A DNA stretch of 64,000 bases from Patescibacteria group bacterium (GTDB lineage Bacteria > Patescibacteriota > JABMPQ01), in NCBI GenBank assembly GCA_018818965.1, contig JAHJQX010000024.1:6105-70104 (forward strand). The letters run 5' to 3'. The first letter of the stretch is position 1; each line of letters begins with the position of its first letter. The position numbers were made by a program, and so were the translations under genes. Positions 17,849 to 27,596 of this stretch are shown here, piece after piece. The notes beneath the pieces are model-generated. The model worked only from the letters and a program-made list of their open reading frames with translations. It searched no databases and had not been told where the DNA came from.

Positions 17849-18786
17849 AATATCTCCTAAAGAAGAGTGATAACTTTTTTATTATCGGTCACGTCAAGCC
17901 GGACGGTGATTCGATTGGCAGCACGCTGGCACTCACTATTGCTCTAACTAGGCTAGGGAAAAATGTTACTCCCGCCTGTGCTGATAAACTGCCTAACCGT
18001 TATGACTTCTTACCTCAATCCCAAATCATAAAAAAACCAAGCGACGTTACCGCAGCTTTAACCAGCGCCAACATTTTGATTGTCGTTGACTGCGGGAGCT
18101 TCCACCTGGCGGGAATCGAAAATTTACAAAGCAACCGGCCATTACCTCTACTTATCAACATTGACCACCACCACGATAACCCCCGCTACGGTACAATTAA
18201 TTTAGTGGAAGATAAACGTTCCTCAACAGCTGAGATAGTCTATGACATTATTAAGATGCTCGAAGTGGAAATTGACGAGCAGATTGCCACTTGTATCCTC
18301 AATGGCATTTTCGTTGATACCGATAGTTTCAAAAACCCTAATACTTCGATCAAAACCCTGCGCATTACTTCCGATCTTCTATCACGGGGAGCCGATTTGG
18401 CTCAAATTACCAGCAGTAATCTCAAGGATAAATCACTCTCCACTCTTAAACTGTGGGGAATTACCCTGGCTCGCATCAAGAAAAATAAACGCCTTGGTAT
18501 TATTTCTACCGCTGTTACCAACAAGGATTTAAAAAGATGTAACGCTACTTATGACGACCTGGAAGGCATTTCTAATTTCCTAAACAGCGTCCCCGACGCC
18601 AAAACATCACTCGTATTATCCGAAAGAAGCGATAATGAGATCAAAGGTAGTCTGCGCACTCTCCACGATAATATTGATGTATCTAAGTTAGCTGCTACAC
18701 TAGGAGGGGGAGGACATAAAAAAGCAGCTGGATTCTCTATCTCCGGCCGGATCGCCAATGAAGGAGGAAAATGGCGGATAGTTTAG
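17812..18786 (+). CDS. nrnA: DHH/DHHA1 phosphoesterase (NrnA/Pde2-like)
   Basis: GHVKPDGDSIGS, VVDCG, NIDHH, SLR, GGGGHKKAAG. Confidence 0.9.
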   Translation: MFSKVEIQRNRLKYLLKKSDNFFIIGHVKPDGDSIGSTLALTIALTRLGKNVTPACADKLPNRYDFLPQSQIIKKPSDVTAALTSANILIVVDCGSFHLAGIENLQSNRPLPLLINIDHHHDNPRYGTINLVEDKRSSTAEIVYDIIKMLEVEIDEQIATCILNGIFVDTDSFKNPNTSIKTLRITSDLLSRGADLAQITSSNLKDKSLSTLKLWGITLARIKKNKRLGIISTAVTNKDLKRCNATYDDLEGISNFLNSVPDAKTSLVLSERSDNEIKGSLRTLHDNIDVSKLAATLGGGGHKKAAGFSISGRIANEGGKWRIV

Positions 18787-18813
18787 CTATTAAATTATTT
18801 AATAAAAAAACAA

Positions 18814-19791
18814 ATGCCAGCAAAGCCTTATGAAGAACTCGGTCTCGTCAACACCCGCGAGCTGTTCAAAAACGCGGTTGATGGTGGCTACGCTATCCCC
18901 GCTTACAATTTTAACAATATGGAACAGTTGCAGGCTATTATCACCGCCTGTGCCGAGACTAATTCACCCGTGATTATCCAAGTATCTAAAGGAGCTCGAG
19001 AATATGCCAACGAGACCATGTTACGCTATATGGCTCTGGGGGCAGTTAAAATGGCGCGGAAGATGGGCGCGTCTATCCCCATTTGTCTGCATTTAGATCA
19101 TGGTGATTCTTTTGAAACTTGCCGGTCGTGTGTTGATTCCGGTTTTTCGTCGGTGATGATTGATGGCTCGGCTCATTCCTACGATGAAAACGTGGCTGTT
19201 ACTAAAAAGGTAGTTGAGTATGCCCACAAATATGACGTGACAGTTGAAGGCGAACTTGGCGTGCTCGCCGGCGTAGAAGATGAGGTCTCCAGTGAAGAAT
19301 CTCACTATACCAAACCAGAAGAGGTGGAAGATTTTGTGGGTAAAACAGGTGTCGACAGTCTAGCCATCTCCATCGGCACTTCGCACGGTGCTTTTAAATT
19401 CAAATGTAAGCCCGGCGAGACCCCGCCTCCACTCCGTTTTGACATCTTGGAGGAAATTGAAAAGAAAATTCCTGGTTTTCCGATCGTTTTGCACGGTGCT
19501 TCCTCGGTTCCACCAAAATATATTGAGATTATTAACAAATACGGCGGCAAAATGGAAAACGCCGTCGGGGTGCCAGAAGAGCAACTACGTAAAGCTGCTA
19601 AGTCAGCTGTTTGCAAGATAAATATCGACTCCGATGGTCGTTTAGTAGTCACCGCCATAATCCGCCAGGTGATGGCTGAGCAGCCAGCAGAATTTGACCC
19701 GCGGAAATATCTCGGCCCAGCTCGTGAGGAACTTATTAAGCTGCTTAAGCATAAAAATAAAAATGTCTTAGGATCAGCTGATAAAGCCTAG
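18814..19791 (+). CDS. fba: Class II fructose-bisphosphate aldolase
   Basis: HLDHG, SVMIDGS, VEGELG, GTSHGAFK, VLHGAS, KINIDSD. Confidence 0.97.
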   Translation: MPAKPYEELGLVNTRELFKNAVDGGYAIPAYNFNNMEQLQAIITACAETNSPVIIQVSKGAREYANETMLRYMALGAVKMARKMGASIPICLHLDHGDSFETCRSCVDSGFSSVMIDGSAHSYDENVAVTKKVVEYAHKYDVTVEGELGVLAGVEDEVSSEESHYTKPEEVEDFVGKTGVDSLAISIGTSHGAFKFKCKPGETPPPLRFDILEEIEKKIPGFPIVLHGASSVPPKYIEIINKYGGKMENAVGVPEEQLRKAAKSAVCKINIDSDGRLVVTAIIRQVMAEQPAEFDPRKYLGPAREELIKLLKHKNKNVLGSADKA

Positions 19792-19900
19792 ACTGTCAAT
19801 CCCATAGACAAACCGCTTCCAAACAATATAATAAACAGTGAAGAGTTTTTTATCCCCCCGCTCAACGTGATAAACTCCGGGTTTGCCTTAATGTAAAACA

Positions 19901-20704
19901 GTGATCAATCTGACCGGTTCAATTATTAGCGGCCTCAAAGCCTACTTTAGTAATCTATCTTGGATAGATTACTTCCTGACCTTCTTGGATATTGTCTTGG
20001 TGGCAGCTATTGTTTATCTGGTTCTTGTTTTTATTAAAGGTACCCGCGCTAGCCGCATTATTTACGGAATTGTGTTGTTAGCCTTAATCTTTGTTCTTGG
20101 CCGTGTTTTAGATCTTAAAACGCTTAATTGGTCACTCAAACACATCGCCACCCTGATCATTGTAGCCATCCCAGTAGTATTCCAGCCCGAACTGCGTCGT
20201 GCTTTGGAAAAATTGGGTCGTAGTCGCTTCTTTAAAGAAGTGCTGACCCGAAAACAAGTAGGGAAAATAATTAACGAGATCATTAAAACCGCCCGTATTC
20301 TACAGAAAAACAAGGTTGGCGCTCTTATCGTGATCAAAAGACAAACCGGGCTAGATGATTTTATCGAAAGTGGAACTACCATTGACGCTGAGCTTTCCAA
20401 CGAATTATTACTAAATTTGTTTTTCCCCAACTCTCCTCTCCATGACGGAGCGGTGATTATTAAAGAGGGACGCGTGGCTGCCGCTGGTTGTATGCTACCT
20501 CTCTCTCAGGGGGAATATTCTTACACACACGGTACGCGTCACCGCGCTGCCTTAGGTATTACCGAAGAAACAGATGCGATCGCTATCGTGATTTCCGAAG
20601 AAAGAGGAGCTATCTCTCTTAGTCATAACGGTAAACTACTTGAAAACATAAACGAAGAAGATTTAGAGAAAAAACTACTTGAACTATTAAAGGAAACGCC
20701 ATAA
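19901..20704 (+). CDS. cdaA: Diadenylate cyclase CdaA
   Basis: Three N-terminal TM helices, FQPELRRALE, LHDGA and GTRHRAA catalytic motifs. Confidence 0.95.
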   Translation: MINLTGSIISGLKAYFSNLSWIDYFLTFLDIVLVAAIVYLVLVFIKGTRASRIIYGIVLLALIFVLGRVLDLKTLNWSLKHIATLIIVAIPVVFQPELRRALEKLGRSRFFKEVLTRKQVGKIINEIIKTARILQKNKVGALIVIKRQTGLDDFIESGTTIDAELSNELLLNLFFPNSPLHDGAVIIKEGRVAAAGCMLPLSQGEYSYTHGTRHRAALGITEETDAIAIVISEERGAISLSHNGKLLENINEEDLEKKLLELLKETP

Positions 20705-20706
20705 GA

Positions 20707-21912
20707 ATGCCCAATATTCTTTCCAAAAACCTACCCCTTAAATTACTGGCTATTGTTGCGGCTGTTTTTCTGTGGTTTTACGTGATCAATGAAGGTTACG
20801 AAGTTGGTTTTGTTGATGCCGAGATACCAATTGAAACTTACAATTTAGCTGAAGATCTAGCGGTAGCTAGTGAACTGGGCACTGCTAAAATTAAAGTACG
20901 AGCGCCCGCTCAAAGCTGGTCAAAAATATCCTCCGAGAACATTACTGCTTTTGTTGACTTAAAAGGCATCCGCAAAGGGATTTTCTCCAAAGAAGTAAAG
21001 GTATCAGTTGATGATCCTTCTATCACCATTCTCGACGTCGATCCCGAAAAAATCGGTGTCACTCTCGAAGAGCTACAAACCCTGAGCAAAGAAATAGAAG
21101 TTGAGACAACCGGTAACGTAAATGAAGCTTATGAAACTCAAGATCCTACTGTCAGCCCCAATAAAGTAGAGATCAAAGGATCCCAAACCAGCATCGAGAA
21201 AGTTAACAAGATAGTGGCACCCGTCACTCTCAACGGCGAAATGACAGAAATTAAAACTCAAGTGGAATTAGAAGCTCGCGACAGTAATAACCAAAAAATT
21301 ACCAATTTAGTCATCATTCCTAAAATTGCTGAGATCACTATCCCAATTAGAAAGCAAAACGAAATAAAAACGGTTGGTATTAAAGCAAATATTATCGGCA
21401 ACCCGGCTAGTGGTTACTGGGTCAAGGAAACAACCATTACTCCCAATTCGGTGGCGGTGCAGGGGAATGCTGATACTATTAGCGATTTATCATATTTGAA
21501 CACCCAAAAAATAGATATATCCAATATTACTACTACGACCGAAAAAAGTATTGCCCTCGATTTGCCAAATGAGGTAACAACAATAGACACCAACCAAGTT
21601 ACAGTCAAAATCGAGGTAGAAGCACAAACTATCAGTAAGACAGCAACCGCTACCCCCCGCTATACTGGTCTAGCAGCTGATTTGCGAGTGGCTTTAGCTT
21701 CACCGAGTACAGTTTCGGTACAAGTCACAGGACCGGCTCCTAAGCTCAATGCCCTCAAAGAAGGAGAGATTGCTGCTACTATTAATCTGAGTGGTAAAAG
21801 TTCGGGCAGCTACACCATGCCTATCTCAAATAATATGATTTCTCTACCAACTGACATTTCTTTGAAGAGTCTTGACACTAAGGAAATTCAGATTATTATA
21901 CAGGGAAAATAA
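20707..21912 (+). CDS. cdaR: CdaR / YbbR-domain protein
   Basis: 'KLLAIVAAVFLWFYV' anchor then repeated YbbR-like domains; immediately after cdaA. Confidence 0.88.
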   Translation: MPNILSKNLPLKLLAIVAAVFLWFYVINEGYEVGFVDAEIPIETYNLAEDLAVASELGTAKIKVRAPAQSWSKISSENITAFVDLKGIRKGIFSKEVKVSVDDPSITILDVDPEKIGVTLEELQTLSKEIEVETTGNVNEAYETQDPTVSPNKVEIKGSQTSIEKVNKIVAPVTLNGEMTEIKTQVELEARDSNNQKITNLVIIPKIAEITIPIRKQNEIKTVGIKANIIGNPASGYWVKETTITPNSVAVQGNADTISDLSYLNTQKIDISNITTTTEKSIALDLPNEVTTIDTNQVTVKIEVEAQTISKTATATPRYTGLAADLRVALASPSTVSVQVTGPAPKLNALKEGEIAATINLSGKSSGSYTMPISNNMISLPTDISLKSLDTKEIQIIIQGK

Positions 21913-21945
21913 TCAACAGAGCAATCAATCAGATAATTGAATAGA

Positions 21946-22077
21946 ATGAAGGGAATCAAGGCTAAGATAAAACGTTATTCCAAAATGTCGCTTACAGCAG
22001 TGGTAGCTGGTTTTTTTGGCGCCATTTTGATTACTGTGTTGGCCTTATTTGTCCGACGACGGAAAAAGAAAAAATAA
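21946..22077 (+). CDS. 43-aa single-TM small protein (absent from ORF track)
   Basis: MKGIKAKIKRYSKMSLTAVVAGFFGAILITVLALFVRRRKKKK; lies between cdaR and the terminator. Confidence 0.55.
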   Translation: MKGIKAKIKRYSKMSLTAVVAGFFGAILITVLALFVRRRKKKK

Positions 22078-22098
22078 TTTTAGATTGCCGAATATATC

Positions 22099-22122
22099 GC
22101 CCCTGCTAGTCAGGGGCTTTTT
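22099..22122 (+). terminator. Intrinsic terminator
   Basis: gcccctg-ctagt-caggggc followed by T5. Confidence 0.7.
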
Positions 22123-22150
22123 GGATAAAAAAATCTTCTTCTTATATATC

Positions 22151-25100
22151 TTAATTTTCTTTCCCCTCTCGAATCCAGGTGACTGCTACTACCGTTGTTG
22201 CTACCACTAGCAACGCCAGTAAAGCTATCCAATAAAGAGTAGTACTGTCCGTTTTTGTCGTTCCACTTTGTTTCTCGGCACTATTAACTACAAAGCGAGC
22301 AATCTCTACTTTCTCGCTCAAATCACCCTCCAAATCCTGTGACTGCGCCAACACTTTGTGCTCGCCTGGCTCAAACGTCTGCGGATTGACAGCTACTTCC
22401 CAAATACCGTCTTTGTCAGCGGTAGTAGTTGTCTTCAAATTTATTTCACTGTGGATGAAAATTGTGACTTTGTGGCCAGCACCTGTCTTGCCCCGCAAAG
22501 CTAGATCCTCGCCCAGATCTACCGAATATTTTTTGCTAAAATCATCCACTCGGGCTGAACCAATATGAGTGATAGTAGGTGGTGATACCTGATCTTCCTC
22601 GGTTTCGCTGAGAACTTCCAGCGGAGTAACCGCCACTGTGTCTGGCTTGCTTTCTTCTTGCGAGGAAGTGATGACAGTGGGGGTACCGCCATAATAATCT
22701 GAGGTTGTAGTTGTAGTCACCGTTTTCACACCCTCTTCTTCCGTTTCGGTTATTTCCGGGCTAGCAGCAAAGTAGCCAAAATTCACCCCATCTTTTGCTT
22801 GGTCATCACTTGCTAGCTCAACTACCTTGGCGCTGGCACTAGTGGTTAATTGATATCCCGCTGGAACACTACTCACCACCAAATAACGCTTGGCTGATAA
22901 ACCACCAAAGCTATAATCGCCGTTGGCGTCGGTAGTGCTAGTGGTGACATAAAAGTCAGAATCTTCATCTAAAGCTTCATTATCATTAGAATCTTCATAA
23001 AGTTTTACCTTAACGCCAACCAATCCACTTTCGTCAGCATCACGGCTGCCATTTTGGCTACCATCCTCCCAAACTAAGCCTCTGATCTTACCAGTCGGCT
23101 CGCTTTCTATTAAAGCATCCTCAGCTAAGCTCACCCCAAAGTCAATATTAGAATACTCTTGTCCCTCTTCTATCTTTATTATTTGTGGATTATTGTCAGT
23201 GGTTACCGTCGAATCCGTAGCCGGCAAAGTAGATTTCTCTAATTGAACAATGTAGGTATCGGCCGATAGGTTGTTATAAACATAGCGGCCAGATGAGTCG
23301 GTCTCAACTTCCTTGGTTAAAGTATCGCTACTTGTTTCTAATGATCCGCTATCATCAGTATCCTGATAAAGTTTTATCTTGACTTGCTCAACACCTTTTT
23401 CATCTTGATCCTTATTTTTGTCACCATTATTATCATACCAAACTATACCCTTTATAGTGCTAGTAGCGAGAGAGGTTGTTTCCTCCTGTACTGGATTAGT
23501 TACTTGGTTACTAGCTTGTACCCCAGCACTTTCGCTAAAAACTACATCAGCAACATTAATCACTTTACTGCCTTCTGGGATATTAACTACTTTAACCCGG
23601 AAAACTACATAACCACTACTGCCGGGTAAAATATCGCCTAATTTAAACTTTATTTTATTATTGCTATAGTTGACTGCGTCAGAATCATTGGCGTCAGTTT
23701 GAGAATTACCATTAAACCCGGCTGAACCTTCAATGTAAGTAGCGCCTGCCGGGATACTGTCGGCAATGTTAAAATTGGTAGCCTTGGCTTTGCCTTTATT
23801 GCTGTAGTCAACACGGTAGGTCAGCTCGTCCCCTACTCTCACCTCTTGGCCATCGTCCTTGTAGGGCGAGGGATTTTCCTGGTAGTAGCGAACCACTCCC
23901 GCTGCCGCGGCTGCCAAACCACCAATCAGTAAAACGGCGACTAAAGTCTTAGTACGGCCACCTTTCACTTTGGTGGCTACCCCCACACCCCGATCACCGG
24001 CTGGCAAATTAGAATCTAAATCATATAAGATAAGCTGGGAGATTGAATTTTTTCTTGGCGCTAGCTGTCGATTGTTGCGACTCATCACTGCACTCAAACG
24101 CCGTGGCTCCTTTAACAGTAAAATGAGAATTATTAGCGTTGCCAGGGCTGCCAGTGAATATAAGTACTGGGTAAAATTTCCAGAACTGCTTCCCAAGCCC
24201 CCCAAAAGATAAGGCAAGCCGGAACTACTACCTGCATTTTCATTGATCTCAACCGTCTTGGCTACTCCGATGTCCGGATTTTTACCTGTGACGACGACAA
24301 AAGTTTGGGTAGCAGACCAACCGCTCTCAGCTCCTTCATCATCCTTAGTCTTTACCCGATAGTAATATTGAAAATTGTCATCCAAGTCTTGCGGAACAGT
24401 CAGGCGAGTAACACTTGGCTGGGTAGAAAATATGGTGGCGCTATCGAATTTACTATTATCATCGAGTTGCACCAGATAGCTTAATTTATCAGTCGAGTCG
24501 GCTTTATCCGGATCGGAAGCCGCACCCCAATAGATAGTTGGCTTAAGAACTTTAACTTCTCCCCCCTGATGAGGGTTGAACCCGGACTGTGGTGCCTGGG
24601 GAGCAATATTATTTTTATCTAAAACAATGCGTTGCACTGATGAATAGCCAGATTGGGCGTTATGATTATCTACTGTCCTTACTCGCCAGTGATATTTAAT
24701 GCCATCTGATAAATTTTGGAAATTGTCCAACTGACTAATTTGGATCTCAGTTGCTTTGACCCCTGTGGTAGTTGAATCTATTGATTGAAACCCAGCGTTG
24801 TCATCTAATTCTACTACATAAGTAAGGCTGTCCTCAGTATCAACATCAGTCGCCTGGCTCCATTTTAGTTTATCTTGATCAGTTAATTTTTTATCGTTCT
24901 CCGGCGACAAAGTGGCCGGAGGATTAGGGTAACGGTTATATTCAACCGTCACCTTATCCAGAACTGGCACAGATGCTACTGTTTCAGTACTAAAACTAGC
25001 TTTGTATTGCAGATAACGATCAGGGGGAGACTGCACTTTTTCCCCGGCCTTCCCATATTTTTTACTCCAAGCCGACCAATTAGTGCCGTCAGTGGAAGTC

Positions 25101-25909
25101 CTGGTCTGTAAATTCAATTCTGTACCCGTGGGATTACTACCTGACCAGTTAATTTTTTCAAAACTAGCTACCGGATGTGTACCTAGATCTAAAACTGGCG
25201 AGGTATAATTCGACTGGTCGGATAAAAAGGCGATATAATCAATTTGGGTTTTGCCTCTGACTAGAAAGCCATACACTCGATTAATCTTGTTACCTGGTTG
25301 CAACTTATCTAAGTCTTTCTCTAAATCTCTGGTTATGGTATACCACTGGCCGTCATTTACGCCCTCAATCTCGTAAGTAAGATAACCCTTATTATTATTG
25401 TTGGATACTCCCTCTTTCCCCGGCTTGTATTGAAGATAACGGTGCCCATCAGTGGTAAAAACAGAAACATACAAGCGAAAATCTTTACTAAGATGACGTG
25501 CTTTCCATTGGATAGTGTACGGTCCTAAATGGTTAGCTGGATATATAAAACCAGTGCCTACCCCATCGCCCGGGTCAGTGCTAGTTAAATCAATAATGCG
25601 ACTATTCAATCCCGCATCGAGCACATTGGCTACTGCCCCCGGTGGCTGATTGTCATATACTTTCCAACCGACAGTATCTCCATCTTCAGCGTCTTCATAC
25701 GTTACTCCATCAACTAATTTCACCTGATCTTTTTTGATTTCCAAGTCAGGATTATCAGTTGAGCCTTGATTAAAATCAGCTTGAGTCGCTTGTTCCCAAG
25801 TACCAGCTTCCACTAAAAAAGGGACTAACAATAAAAGTCCCAAGGCAACAGAGATAGTAGCTAAAACCTCCCAAAGACTCCGGCTGGTAAAAATTTTTAC
25901 TTTTCCCAT
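22151..25909 (-). CDS. Large multidomain cell-surface protein (FN3-like, DUF11, two SdrD-B-like, Ig-like, C-terminal TM)
   Basis: Signal/TM N-terminus; 'YHWRVRTVD' and 'YYYRVKTKD' FN3-like; 'GDELTYRVDYSN..D.IPAG..Y' DUF11; 'I.G.VW.D.N.....D.DE.G' twice; TM tail. Confidence 0.8.
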   Translation of the reverse strand: MGKVKIFTSRSLWEVLATISVALGLLLLVPFLVEAGTWEQATQADFNQGSTDNPDLEIKKDQVKLVDGVTYEDAEDGDTVGWKVYDNQPPGAVANVLDAGLNSRIIDLTSTDPGDGVGTGFIYPANHLGPYTIQWKARHLSKDFRLYVSVFTTDGHRYLQYKPGKEGVSNNNNKGYLTYEIEGVNDGQWYTITRDLEKDLDKLQPGNKINRVYGFLVRGKTQIDYIAFLSDQSNYTSPVLDLGTHPVASFEKINWSGSNPTGTELNLQTRTSTDGTNWSAWSKKYGKAGEKVQSPPDRYLQYKASFSTETVASVPVLDKVTVEYNRYPNPPATLSPENDKKLTDQDKLKWSQATDVDTEDSLTYVVELDDNAGFQSIDSTTTGVKATEIQISQLDNFQNLSDGIKYHWRVRTVDNHNAQSGYSSVQRIVLDKNNIAPQAPQSGFNPHQGGEVKVLKPTIYWGAASDPDKADSTDKLSYLVQLDDNSKFDSATIFSTQPSVTRLTVPQDLDDNFQYYYRVKTKDDEGAESGWSATQTFVVVTGKNPDIGVAKTVEINENAGSSSGLPYLLGGLGSSSGNFTQYLYSLAALATLIILILLLKEPRRLSAVMSRNNRQLAPRKNSISQLILYDLDSNLPAGDRGVGVATKVKGGRTKTLVAVLLIGGLAAAAAGVVRYYQENPSPYKDDGQEVRVGDELTYRVDYSNKGKAKATNFNIADSIPAGATYIEGSAGFNGNSQTDANDSDAVNYSNNKIKFKLGDILPGSSGYVVFRVKVVNIPEGSKVINVADVVFSESAGVQASNQVTNPVQEETTSLATSTIKGIVWYDNNGDKNKDQDEKGVEQVKIKLYQDTDDSGSLETSSDTLTKEVETDSSGRYVYNNLSADTYIVQLEKSTLPATDSTVTTDNNPQIIKIEEGQEYSNIDFGVSLAEDALIESEPTGKIRGLVWEDGSQNGSRDADESGLVGVKVKLYEDSNDNEALDEDSDFYVTTSTTDANGDYSFGGLSAKRYLVVSSVPAGYQLTTSASAKVVELASDDQAKDGVNFGYFAASPEITETEEEGVKTVTTTTTSDYYGGTPTVITSSQEESKPDTVAVTPLEVLSETEEDQVSPPTITHIGSARVDDFSKKYSVDLGEDLALRGKTGAGHKVTIFIHSEINLKTTTTADKDGIWEVAVNPQTFEPGEHKVLAQSQDLEGDLSEKVEIARFVVNSAEKQSGTTKTDSTTLYWIALLALLVVATTVVAVTWIREGKEN

Positions 25910-26050
25910 GTGATTATCTTCGGATTATTCATTATTATATCATTTCATATTGCGAATGTCAAAGAAAGAAGTCAAGATTCTTTCTGCAGCAAAAGATGGC
26001 TCAATAAAAATATTTATGTTAAAATTCTCTTTAGTCGACTAATAATACAT

Positions 26051-27175
26051 ATGTCTACCACTGAAATAATCATAATCGCAGCTGTTGCCATAGTTGCCTA
26101 TCTTATTTGGACTAATCGTAGCCGATTGGCTCAAGTGACTAAGGGTTTCGGTTCTCGTACTAGTGTCTTAGATTCGTATTCTCGTGACCTAACCGCCCAA
26201 GCTAGAGCAGGCAAGCTCGATCCGGTGATTAACCGTAAAAAAGAAATCACCCGCGTTATCCAAATCCTTTCTCGCCGTACCAAAAACAATCCTATCCTCT
26301 TGGGAGAGGCTGGAGTGGGCAAAACCGCCATTGCCGAAGGATTAGCACAGAAGATTGCTCGCGGAGAAATACCAAGTAGTTTAAAAGACAAGCGAGTATT
26401 AGCTATTAATGTCAGCGGCATGATCGCCGGAACAAAATATCGTGGTGAATTTGAGGGCCGTCTCAAAAAAATCATGGAGGAAATCAGACAAGCCGGGCGG
26501 AAAATAATCCTCTTTATTGATGAGGTGCACGTTCTTCTAGAAGCCAAAGGAGCCGAGGGAGCTATGGATCCGTCTGATATTTTGAAGCCTCCACTCGCCC
26601 GCGGAGACTTACAAGCCATCGGCGCCACTACATACCAAGATTACGAGAAGTACATTAAACCAGACGAAAGCCTAGAAAGACGGTTTCAGCCAGTTATTGT
26701 CAACCCACCTACTATCAAAATGACAATTGAAATACTCAAAGGTATCGCCTCTGTTTACGAAAAACACCACCGAGTTAAATATATGCCGGAAGCATTAAAA
26801 GCTGCAGCTGTACTTTCAGAAAAATATATTAAAAATCGGTTTTTACCAGACAAGGCAATTGATCTAATAGACGAAGCGGCTGCTAAAGTAAGGCTAAAAG
26901 CAGTCAATCTCCCTAATCGGATTGAAAAACTAGAAGCAGAAATTATTAGACTCGACCAAATTCATCAAAACGCTACTAGCAAGAGAAAAAAATCTCTCTT
27001 AGATAAGAAAAAGGTTACCAGAATGAAAAGGGTGGCTGAACTTAATATAGCCCGTGACAAAGATCAGAATGGAACTGAACTACCACCAGTTAACGCCGAT
27101 GATATCAGAGACGTTTTGGCGGACTGGATTGGCCAGCCAAAAAACAAAATTACCAAAACTTTACAAATCAAATAA
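26051..27175 (+). CDS. ClpA/B/C-type first AAA+ domain with N-terminal TM helix and no second NBD
   Basis: LDPVI.R, RRTKNNPILLGEAGVGKT, GTKYRGEFE, FIDEVH, GATT, RRFQ, RFLPDKAIDLIDEA; ends after 'DIRDVLADWIG.P'. Confidence 0.88.
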   Translation: MSTTEIIIIAAVAIVAYLIWTNRSRLAQVTKGFGSRTSVLDSYSRDLTAQARAGKLDPVINRKKEITRVIQILSRRTKNNPILLGEAGVGKTAIAEGLAQKIARGEIPSSLKDKRVLAINVSGMIAGTKYRGEFEGRLKKIMEEIRQAGRKIILFIDEVHVLLEAKGAEGAMDPSDILKPPLARGDLQAIGATTYQDYEKYIKPDESLERRFQPVIVNPPTIKMTIEILKGIASVYEKHHRVKYMPEALKAAAVLSEKYIKNRFLPDKAIDLIDEAAAKVRLKAVNLPNRIEKLEAEIIRLDQIHQNATSKRKKSLLDKKKVTRMKRVAELNIARDKDQNGTELPPVNADDIRDVLADWIGQPKNKITKTLQIK

Positions 27176-27186
27176 GTCTCCTAAAT

Positions 27187-27460
27187 AAAAAAGCCTGGGG
27201 GGAAATATTACCTCTACCCGAGGTATTTTTCCTGTCCAGGCTCGTAGTACTTCCCTTCCCCGTCTTCACAAACGTACTTCTTCCACCACTGGCGACTGTA
27301 GTAGGACGCCAGACATGCCAGAAAGGCTGGCGTTGTGAAGACAAAACGCACCCATCCCCCCATCGAGGTTCTTGATAGTTCCATTATTAACCCTTTTCCT
27401 CATCGTTTACAGGTGTGAATCCCCCCTCCATCGCCCCCACAAAGAACAAAAGTTCCATGG
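27187..27460 (-). other. Structured ~270-nt transcription unit (ncRNA and/or two small ORFs, 27387-27458 and 27214-27384)
   Basis: TTGACA-16-TAGGAT promoter (27467-27494); 10-bp stem 27262-27271/27333-27342 enclosing two hairpins; long terminator 27187-27242. Confidence 0.45.
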
Positions 27461-27532
27461 CTTTCCATCCTACTACAACCATAACACCTGTCAACAGTCT
27501 CAAATTACTGCTAACTAGCCCAAATAAACACC

Positions 27533-27561
27533 TTGCTTTCTTATTTTTTTCATGCTAAACT
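27533..27561 (+). promoter_or_regulatory. sigma70 promoter upstream of the 6S candidate and rny
   Basis: TTGCTT-17 nt-TAAACT with extended TG. Confidence 0.55.
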
Positions 27562-27596
27562 CTGGTCAGAAAAATGAAAATATTAAGTAATCATCC

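Noticed and set aside
25997-26024. dif-like site tggctcaataa-aaatat-ttatgttaaaa
   Set aside because: XerD arm matches well but the XerC arm is poor, and the sequence also reads as the extended -10 (TGtTAAAAT) of the Clp gene; needs GC-skew support
25910-26050. N-terminal extension of the Clp ORF in the track (also rny, rpsT, yidC, dinG extensions)
   Set aside because: These run through promoter or intergenic DNA; downstream ATGs fit the family N-termini
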